DNA of 64,000 nucleotides from Trypanosoma brucei (Eukaryota): NCBI GenBank assembly GCA_000002445.1, contig CP000070.1, positions 1 to 64,000 of the forward strand, read 5' to 3'. Shown piece by piece: positions 59,534 to 64,000 of this stretch (position 1 is its first letter; each line of letters starts with the position of its first letter). The notes under the pieces were generated by a model. It saw only the letters and a program-made list of their open reading frames with translations, ran no database searches and was not told where the DNA came from. The position numbers and the translations under genes were made by a program.

Positions 59534-60202
59534 CTAAATCACGCGACTCTCCGGGGTTACATTTGCCATATCCGGGACGGGGTTTGTGGGGTTCATACGG
59601 TGCACTGCTATGGCATTACACGCCCCAAAAAGCGATATGTTTGCACTGTTTTTGGCATAACTCACCTGAATCATGCGGTTCGCCAGCATCTTGTATCGGT
59701 TGTGAAGGGTGAAGATGGCCGTATCCGCCTCCTCCACGTTGGAGTATGTGACGAATGCTGCACCTTTACTCCTGTTTTGTGAGTCACGGAGAATATGAAT
59801 GTGCTCCACCGTACCGTATGCGCTGAAGAGATCATACAGGCGTTTTTCGTCTGTTTCAAAGGGAAGTTGGCCCACAAACAACTTCGCTGCGGTCGGGCTC
59901 GCCTGATGGGTGCTTTCGGCGTCGAACTGTCTTCCAAGTGTCTGTTGTTGTTGTTGTTGCTGTTGGTGGCGCCGCGGCTGCTTCAAGGGGAAAGAGTATG
60001 TTGCCTTCTGCTGAAGTGGGGCATTAATACCTTCAGTTCCCCACGATCTGGTGCTCGGATGGCCACTGGTATACATGTTGCGTGTTTTTTTAGGTGCGCG
60101 CTTCAACCTTACAAGAACAAGAATGGAGTTCGGGATAATGGTTGAGGGCTCAGGTTGACGAAGAGCTTGTCGAGGAGGGATTAGTGTAGGGCGGCATTCC
60201 AC
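59534..60202 (-). CDS. RNA-binding protein with one RRM and a poly-Gln tract.
   Basis: RNP-2-like LFVGQLPFE and RNP-1-like KGAAFVTY are present. A Q(9) run is encoded by a (CAA/CAG)n stretch. The start codon is uncertain. Confidence 0.7.
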   Translation of the reverse strand: MECRPTLIPPRQALRQPEPSTIIPNSILVLVRLKRAPKKTRNMYTSGHPSTRSWGTEGINAPLQQKATYSFPLKQPRRHQQQQQQQQTLGRQFDAESTHQASPTAAKLFVGQLPFETDEKRLYDLFSAYGTVEHIHILRDSQNRSKGAAFVTYSNVEEADTAIFTLHNRYKMLANRMIQVSYAKNSANISLFGACNAIAVHRMNPTNPVPDMANVTPESRVI

Positions 60203-60374
60203 TCATTTTTTTAAAAATAAAAGAACATAGAGGACTGGGTAATATGCATTTTTCAAACAACACCAAAAGACACAAATTACAATAACAGGGGTTGTACTAT
60301 ACCACGTTGTTGCGATAGATTTCCCCCCCCCCCAAATTGAAGGGATTAATGCGAAGGAGGGCAGTGACTGCTCG

Positions 60375-60956
60375 CTACAGTTTTGAGATGGCCGCACGTC
60401 GGGTTTTGTTTGGTGATTTCGTGTCGTTGAAAACTTTAGTGTGGTCGGCTCTGGCGCATAAAACTGTTTTCCCATTTTGTTCCTGTCGCACCTCGGCGCT
60501 AAGGGAGCAAATCCGGCGACCCGACCGCAGGAGACGACTCACCAAAATAAAAGGACGCTCTGAAAGAAGGGGTCGCACGAAATCAATCGTTAGAGAAACG
60601 GAGACATGTTTCATTTTCACTAGAAGAGCCAAATGTGCAGATGTTAGTGCATCAATAAGGAATGACAAGACCCCTTGATCCACGTACACGTCGCCTGTTT
60701 TATTGAGGGAATCATGTGATGCGAGCGTTTTACTCGCTTTCATGGGCCACTCAACAACTGATCCGTTTAAATCAGATGCATCGCCTCCAAGAGACGTGCT
60801 GGCAGCCATTGCGCCGCTACCAACAAATGTCATACGTACATCCTTCACATTCAAACTTGCATGGCGGAGCGCGACATCTCTCGTGCATTGCGTAGTTGCA
60901 GCGAAGAAGTCCTCGATTCGGCGCTCAGTACTTGGGCTTATTTCGTTGTAGTCCAT
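60375..60956 (-). CDS. Thioesterase-superfamily (hotdog fold, PaaI/4HBT-like) protein.
   Basis: The core ...GDVYVDQGVLSFLIDALTSAHLALLV...VSVSLTIDFVRP...GRRICSLSAEVRQEQNGKTVLCARADHTKV fits the hotdog thioesterase pattern. The start is taken at MDYNEIS, at 60956. Confidence 0.55.
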   Translation of the reverse strand: MDYNEISPSTERRIEDFFAATTQCTRDVALRHASLNVKDVRMTFVGSGAMAASTSLGGDASDLNGSVVEWPMKASKTLASHDSLNKTGDVYVDQGVLSFLIDALTSAHLALLVKMKHVSVSLTIDFVRPLLSERPFILVSRLLRSGRRICSLSAEVRQEQNGKTVLCARADHTKVFNDTKSPNKTRRAAISKL

Positions 60957-61526
60957 GCTTATTTCTTTTTGTTTTTTCTTCCTAATGATTCTTTTTTCCC
61001 TTCCCCTCCCCCTAGTGGCCTTAACCAAACAAGTGCAAATACACGTATTTTAAAACCATGCGATAGGGGAAACTCGGTGAGGTGTTCGCATCTGGAGCAT
61101 CAATCTTCAGTAGTCACTGGGGTGTACGTGTGAGGTGCGTTTACAGCCTTCCCGTAGCGACATGCAAATAAATATCAACAACTACTCGTGACGCAAGCGC
61201 CATGAAAAAAAAAAAACGCGTCTTGGTGCCATCCGCAAATAATTGTTTGTAATGGAAGTTTGCCAGCACGCGAGACGCCTTTTTATTTCGCCACGCGGCT
61301 GCAACCCCTAACCCCTCCCCCCCAAAAAAAAATAATAATAATAAATACGGCCCAACGCGCCGTCGCGCCCCCGCGATCGCGCTCATTTGAGCTCGAAGGG
61401 ATAATATGACGAAGAACCGCCTCCCACTCCCCGCCTTCGTTTGCGAATGTGTTTTGAATTGACAAGGATAAAAATTGAACAAAATAAAAAAAAAAACGAC
61501 CACAAGTACAAAGCATAGATCGAATG

Positions 61527-62510
61527 CTAGGAAGTTTGCAGTGTCTCCAATCGCCTAGCAAACCCAGCTATAAGGGAGGTTGTGCCACTCAAATCATCAT
61601 AAAAAACATTATGACCTGCTTTCGGTAATATGTGTTCTTCCGTTGTTGCAATACTACAGCCTTTCCATAGGCCCTGGAGGCGTTTGTGCCTTCCCACTTC
61701 AGACTCGGCCCCTAATATGGAAAGAATAGGAACATCAATTTCCCCCCGTGCACAAACCCTCGCATCAGCGTCAGTTAAGAAAATGGATCCGTTGCGTAAG
61801 TTTTCATCCAATACGGGAAGGTTGCACCTCCACGATACATCAGGTGGCGCACCACCGCTTTTACGAATAATTTGTAAGTTAGTTGTGAGAAACCCCTGCA
61901 GCCTTCTGTCCCGAATGCCACACCGATTGAATTCCTCATGAGCACTGCGCATGTCCGTTATTGCCGAGAGACGCACCCTCCTCATATAATCAATATATTC
62001 ATGTAACAAATTACGAAGTGACGACGGGAATAAGGATTTAGTGAGGGGCGGCATGTCCAGGCTGACAAAACCGGCAACGGGCGCCCGGTGCACATCTCCA
62101 TGGCGATGATCCAAAAGGTATTTTGCCCACGTCAAGGTACCCATGCTGTGACCAACGGCTATAATCCTTGGTGTCATTAAATTACCCTCAGCCCGCTTCC
62201 CCGCCACAACATATCCGTGCCAATGCAGCCATTCACGCAAATCAGCCACCATATCTTCAAGTGTGTGAGTTGAGGTGTGCGGTGATCTGCCATGATTTCG
62301 ACTGTCCACAACGATGGCCTCCACCGAAGCCGCCATGCGTTCCGTTGCTAAACATTCATGCAGCCGTCGGGCAAGCGACATAAGCGAACCTCCATGACTC
62401 AGAAATCCGTGCAAAAAGATGAAATGCACGGGGTTTTCCGGTGAGGAAACCCTCGCCGTATTTGATACCCTCGTGCTGTGGAGTTTAACGGGCGCCCTCA
62501 CATTCCCCAT
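61527..62510 (-). CDS. Alpha/beta-hydrolase fold protein (lipase or esterase type).
   Basis: A GHSMG nucleophile-elbow motif, IIAVGHSMGTLTW. A plausible start at MGNVRAP. The six-frame ORF extends to 62615. Confidence 0.65.
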   Translation of the reverse strand: MGNVRAPVKLHSTRVSNTARVSSPENPVHFIFLHGFLSHGGSLMSLARRLHECLATERMAASVEAIVVDSRNHGRSPHTSTHTLEDMVADLREWLHWHGYVVAGKRAEGNLMTPRIIAVGHSMGTLTWAKYLLDHRHGDVHRAPVAGFVSLDMPPLTKSLFPSSLRNLLHEYIDYMRRVRLSAITDMRSAHEEFNRCGIRDRRLQGFLTTNLQIIRKSGGAPPDVSWRCNLPVLDENLRNGSIFLTDADARVCARGEIDVPILSILGAESEVGRHKRLQGLWKGCSIATTEEHILPKAGHNVFYDDLSGTTSLIAGFARRLETLQTS

Positions 62511-62822
62511 GCGGTCAGAGCTCCTGAAACTATATGCCGGTTTCTTTTCCCTCCCCCCAACGGCGCGAGACTGAGAAAATCGTAAAAAGAAAAGGATATG
62601 AGTAAAGGAAGGCATCCTTTAGACCGTAGCCAAGCAGCTCCCAATTGATCATGTTTCCCGAAACAAGCAAGCAAACAATATTGTTCCCATTTCTTCGTTA
62701 TTAATGCACCAGACATCTCGACTCGAGTGAAAAATATGACGATAAATTGATTGTTGCGGAAACGAGTGGCCCTTGTACCGCTGCCCAGTCAGGAGTGCCG
62801 TTCAAATATCGGAAAAGTCAAT

Positions 62823-63542
62823 CTATTGCATGCAAGCACAGGCTTCCTGTAAGAAAATACCGTTTGTTTTGTATTCAACACTGCTGTTGCATTCACATCC
62901 TCCTTTTGGTGATGCACCGGACGAACGATGTCGCGAAAAGACAACCTTCCCAACGGCTATTTGATATATCAAAAAAGTTTCAGTTTTCCATAGTTCTGTA
63001 CCAAACCAATGAAAACACAGAGATGTCTGCAGAGTTTTCCCAAATAAACTTTCTTCACACTCCAGCACGGGGAACCGCTCGGTGACTTTGCTAAGGGGAT
63101 GTGGCGTGACAAAATCACAAAACAACTTCCTTCTTGTTTGTATTGTGTGTGTGTGGTTTCTGTTCGTACCAGAAAATGCACACGCTAATACCGACGTTAT
63201 CTTCCGATACGCGTGATTGGTTTCGAAGTTTATACAGTCAGTCGAAGTGGTTAGAACCTTAGTTGGAGTGGTGAAACGTAAATAAGCTCCTCTGTCACTT
63301 GCAAAAGTGGTGGTCCTCCTTTTTCCCTTGGCGGCGAAAACTGTCCTCCAAAAACCCGGCGACATCACTTCATGATGCTGCACAGTAACCGATTCAAAAG
63401 TTTGTAGTGCCCAACTTGTCACGGTTTCGTTTCGATTAGTAATAGTGATGGGATATTTTAACCATACAAGTGAAATAACTGCTGGAGCTTTCCAGTGCCG
63501 CAACACCAAAAACTGTGTACAAGGAACTGAGGCCAAGGACAT
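62823..63542 (-). CDS. Hypothetical protein.
   Basis: A 239-aa ORF in the same orientation as the neighbouring - strand genes. No motif is recognised. Confidence 0.3.
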   Translation of the reverse strand: MSLASVPCTQFLVLRHWKAPAVISLVWLKYPITITNRNETVTSWALQTFESVTVQHHEVMSPGFWRTVFAAKGKRRTTTFASDRGAYLRFTTPTKVLTTSTDCINFETNHAYRKITSVLACAFSGTNRNHTHTIQTRRKLFCDFVTPHPLSKVTERFPVLECEESLFGKTLQTSLCFHWFGTELWKTETFLIYQIAVGKVVFSRHRSSGASPKGGCECNSSVEYKTNGIFLQEACACMQ

Positions 63543-64000
63543 TATGGGGAAGCATAGAGGAGAATTGTTTCGATCCTCTCTTACAACAAATGTGGCAGGC
63601 AGTACATAACACCGATAGCATGGAAAACAAAACCATAGGCGTCACTCTATTTTCTCACCTTACCCCCTCCCCCCAATAACAGATGCGGCGTCAAGTGGTG
63701 AAAGTTGTCTTGCACAAACAACACAATATCGAGTAATTTGTAGCGCCTTTTTTTTTCTTGTTTAACTGTTAGTACGAGGAGAACATCATGATTGTTATTC
63801 CATTTTTTTCCTCGCGCGGCGTTGAAGGTGCTGAAAGTAAAAGTATGAAAACATTATCGAAATGAGTATAACCGCCAGGCATAGGAGCAACATCCCAAAC
63901 ACCTCAAAAATCACTACATGAGACTCCTTTTCCTTTGAAGCGCGCTCATTTCCATTAAATCCCGCATCGGTTACATTTGGAAATGAGGCCCCAACCAACA

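Noticed and set aside
59420..60145. + strand ORFs 59420..59782 and 59795..60145.
   Set aside because: They lie antisense to a well-supported RRM protein gene and have no motif of their own.
1..64000. Search for prokaryotic systems: defence islands, CRISPR arrays, operons with Shine-Dalgarno sites, toxin-antitoxin pairs.
   Set aside because: The sequence is eukaryotic. It has TTAGGG repeats, VSG cassettes with 70-bp repeats, unidirectional polycistrons and polypyrimidine tracts before each start codon. The only direct tandem repeat with spacer-like structure is the S28e duplication, which encodes a ribosomal protein.

Overview
No bacterial or archaeal locus and no prokaryotic defence system is present. 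The window is eukaryotic and reads as a Trypanosoma brucei-type junction between a subtelomeric VSG array and the chromosome core.

The first ~14 kb is a classic silent VSG array on the + strand. It holds four VSG cassettes. Three carry frameshifts; the fourth is nearly intact, with only two in-frame stop codons. Each cassette is preceded by a single 70-bp-repeat unit (a TRR triplet run followed by GAGAGTGTTGTGAGTGTGTGTATATAC), and each ends in a VSG 3'UTR with the TGATATATTTTAACAC 16-mer.

After the near-intact VSG comes a T-rich tract and a short interstitial TTAGGG telomere-repeat block at about 12.28 kb. An orphan VSG C-terminal fragment follows. A degenerate non-LTR retroelement occupies 14.5-17.8 kb. 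It is ingi/DIRE-like, with RNase H-like and C2H2 zinc-finger remnants and a terminal poly(A).

From 18 to 28.4 kb there are only decayed or unusual genes, all on the - strand. The most notable is a 447-aa VSG-related protein with an acidic repeat region and no GPI signal. A gene-free, GT-rich stretch at 28.4-34.2 kb looks like a divergent strand-switch region.

From 34.2 kb a + strand polycistronic unit of housekeeping genes begins. In order these are:
- M3 thimet oligopeptidase (HEFGH motif)
- a WD-like hypothetical protein
- proline dehydrogenase
- CDP-diacylglycerol synthase
- two identical tandem copies of ribosomal protein S28e
- an RNI-like LRR protein
- a small hypothetical protein
- a Brix/RPF2 ribosome-biogenesis factor
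- a cyclophilin
- an LRRP with homogenised internal repeats
- a GT67-type glycosyltransferase

This unit meets a - strand unit at a convergent strand-switch region at 55.6-57.55 kb. The - strand unit carries a PGES2/glutaredoxin-like protein, an RRM protein, a hotdog thioesterase, an alpha/beta hydrolase and a hypothetical protein. The gene order (thimet oligopeptidase, proline dehydrogenase, CDP-DAG synthase, duplicated S28e) matches what I recall for the left end of T. brucei chromosome 7. That recollection needs a database check.

Gene starts were moved to the first methionine after the upstream polypyrimidine tract wherever the six-frame ORF began in S/L/F/P-rich pseudo-translation of that tract.
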